The translations under genes were made by a program, and so were the position numbers. 18,682 nucleotides of DNA. Origin: Octopus sinensis. Taxonomy: Eukaryota. Of this stretch, positions 1-10,032 are shown in pieces; position 1 is the stretch's first letter, and each line of letters opens with the position of its first letter. The DNA is taken from positions 1 through 18,682 of the forward strand of contig NW_021824433.1 of assembly GCF_006345805.1 (NCBI RefSeq), read 5' to 3'. Under the pieces are notes generated by a model. The model was not told the origin of the DNA and did no database searches. It saw nothing but the letters and a program-made list of their open reading frames with translations.

Positions 1-331
1 AGTTGCCGAGGTTATTTTAGTTGTAAAAAAGAGTTGTTGAGTCAAAAACATAGTTTATTTGCTAGATAGATAATAAGCAGATTTCTTTATTATAATACGG
101 ATGTGACTAATACGGAGAAACATTACTTTCATTATTCACACATCGTCACTCTCGTAATGCAGCACTTTGTAATTTCAGTTCAAATTGAAAGTGTGAAACT
201 ATTTTCATTTTCTAATGAAACCTGGTCGTTGTAGAGAAGTGTATTTGAAATAACTATAGCCAGTTACTGAGATAACGTAGAAAATATGTAAATGAAAATA
301 AAGTTTATTTGACATGTGTAATTGATTTGAC

Positions 332-737
332 GGATCTTTTTGGTTTGAACGGCAGTTTTTAACATAATTTCTAGGTAACTAAAAATTTTAAACTTCGTAT
401 ACTGGTAGAATGTGTTTATAAAACATCTTTTTCTCTTGGCTTATTGAGAAATTCTATAGTTTGTAAGATATTTGTTGTTTTTTCTTCAATTTCTCTGCAA
501 TTTCAACCAATCACTGACGTCCATTGAGGTAAAAAACATTCTGTGCCGTATGAATATGTCCCTCGTTTAAGAAACAGATTGGGTTTATTTACATTTGTGA
601 AGAAAAAAATACCCTAACCCTAACTAACTAACCCTAAAAGTGATTGAAATGCAATAGATCGATACTAGGGTCATAATTATGGGTGACAATTTCATATGAC
701 ACCGCTAGAAAAACTGCCGTTCAAACCAAAAAGATCC
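332..737. mobile_element. MITE copy 1 (GGATC-terminated TIR family), inverted relative to copies 2 and 3
   Basis: Starts GGATCTTTTTGGTTTGAACGGCAGTTTTT (332) and ends AAAAACTGCCGTTCAAACCAAAAAGATCC (737). The interior is the reverse complement of 7144-7568. No TSD is seen at this copy. Confidence 0.9.
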
Positions 738-821
738 AAGTAATTTACTGTAATATAAGTAAGTCTGCATTTGTTGGCGAAGAGAAAGGGAATTAAGAAA
801 ACTATTTCTGAGATGATATCT

Positions 822-848
822 CAGCCCTGTGTGGCTAATAAAGAAACA
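822..848 (+). mobile_element. 27-nt 3'-end stub of the Tx1-like LINE
   Basis: CAGCCCTGTGTGGCTAATAAAGAAACA is identical to 12549-12575 (3' end of LINE copy 2) and is followed directly by (TATC)n. Confidence 0.85.
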
Positions 849-963
<115 letters not shown>

Positions 964-1172
964 GGACGGACGATAGTCACATTGGCTCGTAGTAAGTTTG
1001 CCTTTTATTGCCTTCAAAAGTTTGTATTTGGATAATATTTTTATGTAAAAGTTGTGCAACAACTAATACATTGGGTTGTGCAAATTCTTTGCACGGGAAA
1101 CCTGCCCTGTATGGCATGTTTCTCGATTTTGTAAAATTGTTTTCGGCTTTCCTGGCCATTTCTGTTTTGAGG

Positions 1173-1894
1173 ATGGCGACTTCAAGCCATGAAGTCGTTG
1201 TTGAAAAAGAACGCTGATCTCCTTGACAACGCTTACGGCGTTGATTTCCCTACCCTGCCTTCCCCACAGCTTTCAAGAGGGAGGGGGGAAGAAGGGGAAG
1301 AAGCAACACAGGTGCAGGTGTGAGCATGAACGCCAACACCGCCTCCGCCACCGACACACGAAAAAATTGGAAGCACCCAGACGACAGCTTCACAGTCAAA
1401 TTTCTGAATCGGAAGAACTCTTCCACAAACATCACCACCACCAACAACAAAGCACTGAGGAATGGTAAATAGCCAGAAAAGGAAGGAGGAAAAGGAGCAA
1501 AAATCGAACCAAATCCAATACAAACGCAAACAGAGCAGGGAGATATATATCTCCTGAAGACATCTCAAACCCTACCACAAACAATATCAACGCCGCAAAA
1601 AAATATACAAAGAATATGCTCACAGCCATAGACACCAAAAACACAGAGTTGATTAAATACATCAATACAAACACAAACATTACAGAAAACGACATTAAAA
1701 CGAACAACCACCCACACACAACACCACCAGAACACATAAAAATCTATCACATATCACCAACATTGCACCACACAATAAAATCCCTCTATCCCAATGCGGT
1801 AGGGGGATGTCATAAATACTTATGCAAAAAAATGTACAATAGCCTCCTTGATGAAAAATCAAAGGAGGAGACAAATCTTTCGAAAGGTAAGTAA
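1173..1894 (+). pseudogene. Putative degenerate ORF1 of the Tx1-like LINE
   Basis: ATG in strong context (AGGATGG) at 1173. Joining three frames gives MATSSHEVVVEK..NADLLDNAYGVDFPTLPSPQL..PPPPP..EEW*IARKGRRKRSK..LSKGK, ending 49 nt before the ORF2 ATG. This needs at least 2 frameshifts and several internal stops. No CCHC knuckle was recognised. Confidence 0.5.
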
Positions 1895-1943
1895 CTCTCC
1901 TTTTCTTTCGTTTGTGTTTTAAAGCACACAACTCAATAGGATC

Positions 1944-4900
1944 ATGGTCAAGATTGGTTGCGTGAATGCGCGTGACTTGGGGTCCCCTTGGAAACAAGGG
2001 TACCTTTTAAATGACATCAAGTCACATAATTTGGAAATCATAGCAATAAGTGAGACCAGACTCCATGAACCACAGGCCCTAAAGTCCATGTTTGGCGGAC
2101 AGTTTAACATTTATTTTTCTCCCTGTCTGCCAAGAATGGGCGGTAGTGGCACGGTGGTAATTTTTCGCAAGAGTCTGGATCTCGAAGTAAAGACGATATT
2201 CGTAGACCCGGAGGGTAGACTGGTTGTCCTGAATGTCGACGGCAGGGATGGGTGCGCTTTTCGACTCCTAGCAGTCTATGCACTGCCTTTAACAGGTCGG
2301 ACGGATTTCTTTCGACGACTAGAAGTATTCCCGGGAACGTCTCGTCCTTTACTTTTAGTGGGGGATTGGAATGCTACCTTGGACACGCATCTAGACTACG
2401 TGAGGAGAGACGAAAATAGACGGGGATGTAAATGCCTCAGAGACCTGCTCAGACGCTTTCAACTGTCTGACAGGTACCGACTCGACCACCCAAATGCGCC
2501 AACGTGGACATGGAGCAATCGCATTGGGTCGTCGAGATCGTATCTAGATAGGATACTATGCAGGACAGCAGATAGGGATAGCTTAGGATGTCCACAATTC
2601 CACATAGTCAGCTACACAGATCACAAACTTGTGGCGTGTACGCTAGACTTAGATAAGGCAAACAGGCAGGGTCCCGGTTACTGGAAACTGAACGCTTCTT
2701 TCCCGTCGAGACAGGTTTTCAGAGACCGAATTAGCGCACTAGTAATGAGGGCTTTGACGGGAGCCTTAGTCAAAAACACATGGTGGTTAGCCCTCAAGAG
2801 AGCAGTAAAAGCAGAAGCAATTAGATATAGCAAAGCACTAGCCATAGATAGAAACAGAGTAGAGGGTGAGCTAGTTAAGAAGTTAGAAGAGGCAATAAGA
2901 AGCGGCATCACATCCGACATTTTGGCGGCAAGGTTAGCCCTCGACCAACACTTCAACGCCAAACACGAAAGGTGTGCTGTCAGGGCTAGGATGCGTGCTC
3001 TAAGGATGGAAGGTGTTGGAGCCACGAGAGAGGCCCGGGTGGCGGAGGCGCAACGGGGCAACAAATCCACCATTCGGTCTCTGGTAGATGAACAGGGGCG
3101 CGAATTGCTCGAGCCCAGCAAGATGTGCGAGGCGTTTCAGCGACATTTTGCCCGACTGTTCGGGACGAGTGGCGAGCGAGAATGCAGGTTGGACTTTAGT
3201 GACTACATGCACAGCCTACCACGACTCTCGACAAGAGAGGCGAAGTGCTGCGAAGGTGCCATCACGGCGGCGGAAGTGAGGGAAGCGATGGCGGGATGCT
3301 CAAGGGACAAATCGCCGGGTTTGGATGGTCTGCCCTACGAGCTTTACAATTGTATGCCAGACTTGTTTGGAGATGTCTTAGCAGCGGTGTACTGCAACGG
3401 GCAGCAGAGCGGAAGCATACCTGGTTTTGTGAGTCGAGGAGCCGTAACGCTGCTAAAAAAAAAATCCAAACAAGGGGGACATTATAGATAACTTTAGGCC
3501 CATCACTCTGCTCAATGCAGACTTGAAAATTTTGGCCAAGGTGTTAGCCAAGAGGCTGGCGCTTGTCATCGAGGAACTGATCGACAAGGCGCAAACTTTC
3601 ACCGTGCCGGACCGGAGCATCCATGACAACCCCCCATCTGATGCGCTACATCATAGACAGGGTAGCTAAGGAACCTGGCATGGGTGGGGCCCTGATCAAT
3701 TTGGATCAATCGAAAGCTTTCGATAGGGTAGACCATCGATATTTGGAGGCTGTCCTCCTAGAGGCCGGCTTCGGTCTCATATTCCGCGGCTGGATGGCTG
3801 CCTTGTACAGAGGCATCAGTTCAGTAATTCACGTGAATGGGCATCTATCGAGACCTTTCGACATTGCACGTTCGGTCCGTCAGAGATGCCCCCTCTCGTT
3901 ACTTCTGTACGTATTGACTCTCGAGCTACTACTGCAAAAGCTGGCGACGCTGAGGGGCATCCTACAAGAACTGGGGTGCGGGACGAGCGTGTCCGCATAC
4001 GCGGACGACGTCATCGTCATAGTGTCTAGCCACGAGCACTGCAAGACTACGAAGCGGTAACGGGAGCAAAAATCAACCGAGAAAAGTCGGTGGGCTTGCG
4101 GTTGGGTACCTGGAGAAGCAAGCCCATACCGTCCACCAGCGCCTCAGTAGTGGGACGCTGGACGGACGGGTCGGTCAAATTGCTCGGAGACTGGTTCGGT
4201 CCAGACCTGCAAACGGAGAAGAACTGGGATGAGATAACGAGTAGGGTGGCCACTCACTGCAGGCAATGGGCCGAGAGGAAGCTATCCCTAAAAGGTCGGG
4301 CGGAGGTGGCGAACGCGTACATCGCGTCCGTCATCAACTACCGCCTGACCGTCGTACCTTGTCCCGACCCCACCGTCGCCAAACTGGAGCTTCTTGTGGA
4401 AAGGAAACGTTCCGATGGTCAGGCGATCCGTTTGCTGTTAACACCCGCTGAAAGGAGGACTGGGCATGCCGTGGTTGATGATGCGCAGACACGCGCTGAG
4501 ACTGCGACATCTCCGGCTCTTCGTAGATGTCGGTGAACAGGTGTGGTCGCCGTTTGTGCGGCGTGCTTTCCCGCAACTCGTGTCCATGACCGAGCTGCAA
4601 TCGTGGATCAAAAAAAAGGCCGAGGAAGGCGAATGGCACCGCGAGTGTCGCGTTGCTCTCCAGCAATTTTGCCGTCCTGGGTCGAACTTGAGCGACTGCA
4701 TCACCACGAAAGCATTTTGTAGGGGATTACTTGAGGGGAGGTACGACGACGAGCTCGAGGCGAACCTGGGCGTTGACGAGGAATACCTGACCCGCCTATT
4801 CAAGACGACTTTCGGGCCGGGACCTATGGACAATTTCCAGAGATCCCTGGCCTGGCAGTACTATCGAGAAGCGCTACCCGTTCGGGATAAGCTCTACAGA

Positions 4901-5347
4901 CACGGCTTGAGAAACACGGAGCCGACCTGCCCGAGATGCAGGCAGAGCGACGAAACCGTTCTGCACGCACTCGTGCAGTGTCCAACCATTTCCGACCTGT
5001 GGGCTTATGTCGAACAACTGCTGTTACATGTGGGACGAGTCGATTTATCAGCTGAGTCTATCGTCAATATCGTCACGCCTCCTTCCTTCAAATGGGAAGG
5101 AAGAGCTATTTTCATCATACTAGTGGCTATGGCGAAAGAATATATCTGGTGGACGCGTCTGAAAGGATTAGAGACAAACACTTTCCTCTCTGGTCAATCT
5201 CTCATCAACTTCTTCAAGTATCACTTGAAAAGGAAGGTGAAAGTAGAGAGGAAAATTTTGTCTAGCGACTGTTTCAAAAAAAGATGGGTAAATGTAGCAA
5301 GGATGGCACGTATGCATGACGAAGCCACCTTGAACATGATCCAATGA
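1944..5347 (+). pseudogene. ORF2 (APE endonuclease + reverse transcriptase + CCHC), frameshifted
   Basis: EN motifs: VNARDL, ISETR, VGDWN, YLDRIL, TDHKLV. RT motifs: KSPGLDGLPYELY, NFRPITLLNADLKILAKVL, LDQSKAFDRVDH, RQRCPLS, YADD (3998-4009). C-terminal C-x2-C-x8-H-x4-C at 4928-4981. Lesions: frameshifts at the A10 run (3455-3464) and the C run near 3630, apparent small deletions near 4045 and 4390, and an in-frame TAA at 4439-4441. Confidence 0.95.
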
Positions 5348-5631
5348 ACCGTAAAAAAAAATTTAATACAGAGAGTTACTTATTTGTAAATAAATGTTAA
5401 TATGTGACGTAACTACCCGAGGTTACTGTGGTCTTTTCGTAGGTTTTTCTTCCCACAGATAAACCTCCCCTTTTTTGGGGAACTTTTTGTACTATTTCGA
5501 TATTTTTTGCATATATTCCCAACGATTTCGATCCATTTTGATCGTTGTCCCTATTTGTTTCCCGCTCCCCTCGAAAAAGAAAAACTCTACGTTGTCCCCT
5601 CTGTGATTAGCCCTGTGTGGTCAATAAAGAA

Positions 5632-5633
<2 letters not shown>

Positions 5634-5698
<65 letters not shown>

Positions 5699-5699
5699 G

Positions 5700-5758
<59 letters not shown>

Positions 5759-5889
5759 GGCTGTCTGTCTGTCTATCTATCTGTCTGTCTGTCTGTCTGA
5801 CTGTCTGTCTGTCTGTCTGTCTTTATGCCTGTCTCTCTCTCTGCCTGTTTCTGTCTGTTTGCTTTTCGGTCCATCTATCTATCCTTCTT

Positions 5890-5947
<58 letters not shown>

Positions 5948-6101
5948 ATTCCTTCCTTTCTTCCTTCCTTCCTTTTTTTCTTTCTTTCTATCTGTCGAAC
6001 TACCAATGTATCTACCTGTCTAACTTTCTGTCCGTTTGTTTCTCTGTCCGTTCGTTTGCCTGTCTCTCTGTCGGTCTGCACGTTTCTTTATCTTTCTCTC
6101 C

Positions 6102-6160
<59 letters not shown>

Positions 6161-6213
6161 CTGCCTGCTTGTCTATTTCTCTGCCTGGCTGCCTGCCTGT
6201 TTATCTGTCTGTC
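5634..6213 (+). repeat. Compound microsatellite (TATC)n-(TGTC)n-(TTCC)n-(TC)n
   Basis: Seen directly. It starts immediately after the LINE 3' end and becomes more degenerate distally. Confidence 0.95.
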
Positions 6214-6579
6214 CTGATCACCGACACAAGTTTCTTTCATCAATCATATAACAGATTTGATGTGGTTACTGGTATTAGTTTGTTGCTAAGGTCCACTATC
6301 TCTGTGCTGAATTTTGCCCTCTATATTGTTTTGCTATTAATATACTTTCTATGACTAAGCATTTAGAATCTTTGATGTAAACATTCCATATACGGTAATT
6401 GTGTTATCAACTAATGTTTTTCACCCTGGTCATATACACAAGGTGACCATAAAGTCTGGATACAGGGAAAATATCCCTTATATTCTTGTGGAATTGGTTT
6501 CTCGGTCACCAGATATTAGCCCCTTGACTTCTTTTTTTGGGGGGTATGCTGAAGGAGAAGGTGCACAGGTATGAATTAA

Positions 6580-6809
6580 GGCGGCGAGCTGTCAGAATCG
6601 TTAGCACGCCGGGCGAAATGCTTTGCGGTATCTCGTCCACCACTGCGTTCTGAGTTCAAATCCCGCCGAGGTCGACTTTGCCTTTCACCCTTTCGGGGTC
6701 GATAAATTAAGTACCAGTTACGCACTGGGGTCAATGTAATCAACTTAATCCGTTTGTCTGTCCTTGTTTGTCCCCTCTGTGTTTAGCCCCTTGTGGGTAG
6801 TAAAGAAAT
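6580..6809 (+). mobile_element. tRNA-derived SINE, family A, with a Tx1-like 3' tail
   Basis: B-box-like GAGTTCAAATCC (~6652-6663). 13-bp TSD AGGTATGAAT(T/C)AA at 6567-6579 and 6810-6822. The last 42 nt match the LINE 3' end at 36/42. Confidence 0.88.
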
Positions 6810-6825
6810 AGGTATGAATCAAAAG

Positions 6826-7647
6826 CAGTAATTCTCAACCGGGGTCCATATGGCGCTTGTGTGTCCATATAACAATTTTTGAGGTCCAGGCAAGCAAAAG
6901 AGTAAATTGAGGGTCCACAGAAGTATTTTAAGGGTCCATAAAAAAAAACTTGCTTTATATGTATTTATTGCAATAAACAGCTACATTTCTTTCTGTAACA
7001 TTTTACAAAGATTAATGTTTCCGGCCATGGAAACATTTTCTCTTAGAGAATGCTATTGCAAATCTATACAAGTGAACGGGTGGAGAACATAATAAGAATT
7101 TTGAATGAAGTTTCTATAAAATCAATTCTTAAATATCGAATGGGGATCTTTTCGGTTTGAACGGCAGTTTTTTCTAGCGGTGTCATATGAAATTGTCACC
7201 CATAATTATGACCCTAGTATCGATCTATTGCATTTCAACTGTTTTAGGCCTAGGGTAAGTTAGGGTTAGGGTGGGAGAAGGGTATCTTTTTTCTTCACAC
7301 ATGTAAATAAACCCAATCTGTTTCTTAAACGAGGGACATATTCATACTGCACAGAATGTTTTTTTTTTACCTCAATGGACGTCATTGATTGGTTGAAATT
7401 GCAGAAATTGAAGAAAAAAACAACAAATATCTTACAAACTATAGAATTTTCTCAATAAAGCCAAGAGAAAAAGATGTTTTATAAACACATTCTACCAGTA
7501 TACGAAGTTTAAAATTTTTAGTTACCTAGAAATTATGTTAAAAACTGCCGTTCAAACCGAAAAGATCCTCGAATGGTTATGGGGTTTCATCAGAATGAAA
7601 AAGCAAACCAAGGGGTCGATAGACAAAAAAATGGTTGAAACCCTCTG
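6826..7647. mobile_element. Degraded hAT/Charlie-like MITE
   Basis: Starts CAGTAATTCTCAACC and ends GGTTGAAACCCTCTG, resembling Charlie-type CAGTGGTTCTCAACC termini. It sits between the two Tc1 transposase remnants. No TSD was found. Confidence 0.5.
7144..7568. mobile_element. MITE copy 2 (GGATC TIR family) with 8-bp TSD
   Basis: TIRs GGATCTTTTCGGTTTGAACGGCAGTTTTT and AAAAACTGCCGTTCAAACCGAAAAGATCC. Perfect TSD TCGAATGG at 7136-7143 and 7569-7576. Confidence 0.95.
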
Positions 7648-7847
7648 GTTTCATAAGTGAATGTGTTGAAATTGACGGAAATGTGGAGTTACTGCATCGG
7701 GTTCATGTGAATCTCGCAAAGTGCATCGAACATTGCATCATTGATGGTGGAAGCCATGTTGAAAATATTATTTATTAATGTAGCTGAATAAAATCATTGA
7801 AAATAGGCATTTTCGCTAATGTATCTTGACCTTACGGTTAGCCTGCA

Positions 7848-8735
7848 AATAGTAACAATAACAATAATCCTTACACGGAATTTATAAACATTTAATGCAT
7901 CGCTACGTGCGCTTCCACAAATCACATGACTCTTAAGATCATAGTTCGTATTCCTGGGATGATTACAGTGTAGTCCGTGGTAACCGTGGGCATCGGGTTG
8001 ATGATCATTATGGATATGATACTACGGACTATACTGTAATCATCTTAAGAATACGGACTATGATCTTAAGAGACATTAATATTTGTGGAACGCGCGTAGC
8101 GATGCATTAAATGTTTATAAATTCCTTCCAAGGATTATTGTTACTATTATTATATTTATCCTGATTACAGTGTAGTCCGTGGTAACCGTGGGCATCGGGT
8201 TGATGATCTTTATGGATATGATACTACGGACTATACTGTAATCATCTTGGGAATACGGACTATGATCTTAAGAGACATGTGATTTGTGGAAACGCGCGTA
8301 GCGATGCATTAAATGTTTATAAATTCCGTCCAAGGATTATTGTTACTATTATCATATTTATCCTGATTACAGTGTAGTCCGTGGTATCCGTGGGCATCGG
8401 GTTGATGATCTTTATGGATATGATACTATTTTATTAAAACCGAAGAAAACTCCAAACAGTTTGTGAAGTGTTTTCGCCTTTAATAACATATTACATGTGT
8501 GCGTGTGTCTATATACCACCCACACACAAACACACATATATGTATATGTGTGTGTATATATATATATACATATTTGATATATATACATATGATACTACGG
8601 ACTATACTGTACTCATCTTAGGAATACGGACTATGATCTTAAGAGACATGTGATTTGTGGAAACGCGTGTAGCGATGCATTAAATGTTTATAAATCCCGT
8701 CCATGGATTATTGTTGCTATTACTATATTTATCCT
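7848..8735. repeat. 202-bp tandem array (3 units) preceded by an inverted arm forming a ~300-bp palindrome
   Basis: Units start GATTACAGTG at 7961, 8163 and 8365. The third unit is interrupted at 8428-8596 and ends near 8735. Segment 7848-~7982 is the reverse complement of ~8018-8148, with a ~35-nt spacer. Confidence 0.9.
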
Positions 8736-9028
8736 ATAGTATATCAGTACAGCTCCATGCCACCCCAAAAAACTGGTTCATTAGTCAGCAACATTAGACT
8801 GTGGCCGACATAATGGTATAGAAGCATTATTTGCATATTCAAAACGTTTCCCGTAAACAAATTTAAAAGATATATGTATATATATATACACACAGATACA
8901 CATATATGTGTGTTTGTGTGTGTGTGTGGGGGGTATAGACACACGCTCACATGTAATATGTTATTAAAGGCGAAAACACTTCACAAACTGTTTGGAGTTT
9001 TCTTCGGTTTTAATAAAATAGTATCATA
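8419..9028. repeat. Inverted repeat pair, arms 8419-8572 and ~8872-9028
   Basis: TATGATACTATTTTATTAAAACCGAAG... at 8419 is the reverse complement of ...CTTCGGTTTTAATAAAATAGTATCATA ending at 9028. The arms are about 155 bp. Confidence 0.9.
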
Positions 9029-9148
9029 CTCTGCCTTTCGTATTCGAGGACTATTTTTTCCACCTTATTTCGTGCCAATGTGCTTACTTGTGTATGTATA
9101 TACATATGTGTATGTTTGCATATTTGCATGTATGTATGTATAATATAT

Positions 9149-9549
9149 GAGTGGCTGTATGGTAAGTAGCTTGCTTACCGACCACATGGTTCAGGGTTCA
9201 GTCCCACTACGTGACACCTTGGGCAAGTGTCTTCTACTATAGCCTCGGGCCGACCAAAGTCTTATGAGTGGATTTGGTAGATGGAAACTGAAAGAAGCCC
9301 GTCGTATATATGTATATATATATGTATGTGTGTGTATGTGTTTGTGTGTCTGTGTTTGTCCTCCCAACATCGCTTGACAACCGATGCTGGTGTGTTTACG
9401 TCCCCGTAACTTAGTGGTTCAGCAAAAGTGACCGATAGAATAAGTACTAGCCTTACAAAGAATAAGTTCTGGGGTCGATTTGCTCGACTAAAGGCGGTGC
9501 TCCAGCATGGCCACAGTCAAATGACTGAAACCAGCAAAAGAGTAAAAGA

Positions 9550-9550
<1 letters not shown>
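9149..9550 (+). mobile_element. tRNA-derived compound SINE, family B (CORE-like segment, internal TA/TG microsatellite, GAGTAAAA-repeat tail)
   Basis: Collinear with 18040-18466. CCTTGGGCAAGTG resembles the CORE-SINE domain (from recall). Followed by (TA)n at 9551-9618. Confidence 0.85.

Positions 9551-9618
<68 letters not shown>
9551..9618. repeat. (TA)n microsatellite
   Basis: Seen directly. Confidence 0.98.
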
Positions 9619-9625
<7 letters not shown>

Positions 9626-9910
9626 GAAAGATGAATAATCTTGTAGTAGATTAATCAAAAGTAGATTAATCGAAACAAGTGTAGAATGAAATAAAACGAT
9701 TTCTGTTCAATCTGCGTTCACCTCCATTTCTTCAATTCACCAATAATGTTTTATATATATATATATAATATATATATATATATATAATATATTATATATA
9801 TATATATATATATAACGGGAAGCTTTATGAAAATAACAAAAGACGAAGGCAGGTGGAGTACAAACAAACAATTGTATTAGTATGGCGGTCAGGAATATAA
9901 ATAAAACAAG

Positions 9911-9948
9911 TCTTTTACGTTTCGAGCCTACGCTCTTCAACAGAAAGA
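9911..9948 (-). ncRNA. Minimal type I hammerhead-like motif with variant core (CUGUUGA)
   Basis: Minus strand reads TCTTT CTGTTGA A GAGC-GTAG-GCTC GAAAC GTA AAAGA. Stem I is TCTTT/AAAGA, stem II is GAGC/GCTC, and stem III is reduced to palindromic ACGT. Core position A6 is U. Confidence 0.55.
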
Positions 9949-9986
9949 TACACAGAAAAGAAACACGGAGAGAAACAAGGAGAGAG

Positions 9987-10032
<46 letters not shown>

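Larger units (their letters stand above)
964..5633 (+). mobile_element. Tx1/L1-clade non-LTR retrotransposon, probably near full length, inactivated
   Basis: Degenerate ORF1-like region, ORF2 with APE endonuclease, RT and C-terminal CCHC motif, then a 3' UTR ending AATAAAGAAAT and (TATC)n. The GPGYWKLN motif after the endonuclease is typical of L1/Tx1. The 5' boundary is inferred from the end of the upstream TATC array and is uncertain. Confidence 0.88.
6439..7845 (+). mobile_element. Internally deleted Tc1/mariner relic interrupted by nested insertions
   Basis: Left TIR CAAGGTGACCATAAAGTCTGGATAC (6439-6463) matches the reverse complement of 7821-7845 at 18/25. Transposase C-terminal remnants: RSPDISP.DFFFWG.MLKEKVH (~6503-6570) and ISECVEIDGNVELLHRVHVNLAKCIEHCIIDGGSHVENIIY* (~7653-7778). 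Confidence 0.75.

Noticed and set aside
1884-1939. Consensus splice donor AAG|GTAAGT overlapping the ORF1 stop, followed by a pyrimidine tract and AGs at 1923-24 and 1938-39
   Set aside because: The introns would be only 38 or 53 nt, and neither acceptor joins ORF1 in frame with ORF2 in this copy. It is worth revisiting only if the family consensus differs.
2678-4833. Antisense and alternative-frame ORFs within the LINE ORF2 region
   Set aside because: They are shadows of a GC-richer coding sequence and carry no independent motifs.
7260-7271. Telomere-like TTAGGGTTAGGG inside the MITE (CCCTAACCCTAA at 612-623)
   Set aside because: Only two to three units are present and they are degenerate in copy 3, which is too weak to call an interstitial telomeric feature.
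7961-8735. CRISPR-like or prokaryotic interpretation of the tandem arrays
   Set aside because: The units are 202 and 502 bp with no unique spacers, there are no cas genes, and the context is eukaryotic.
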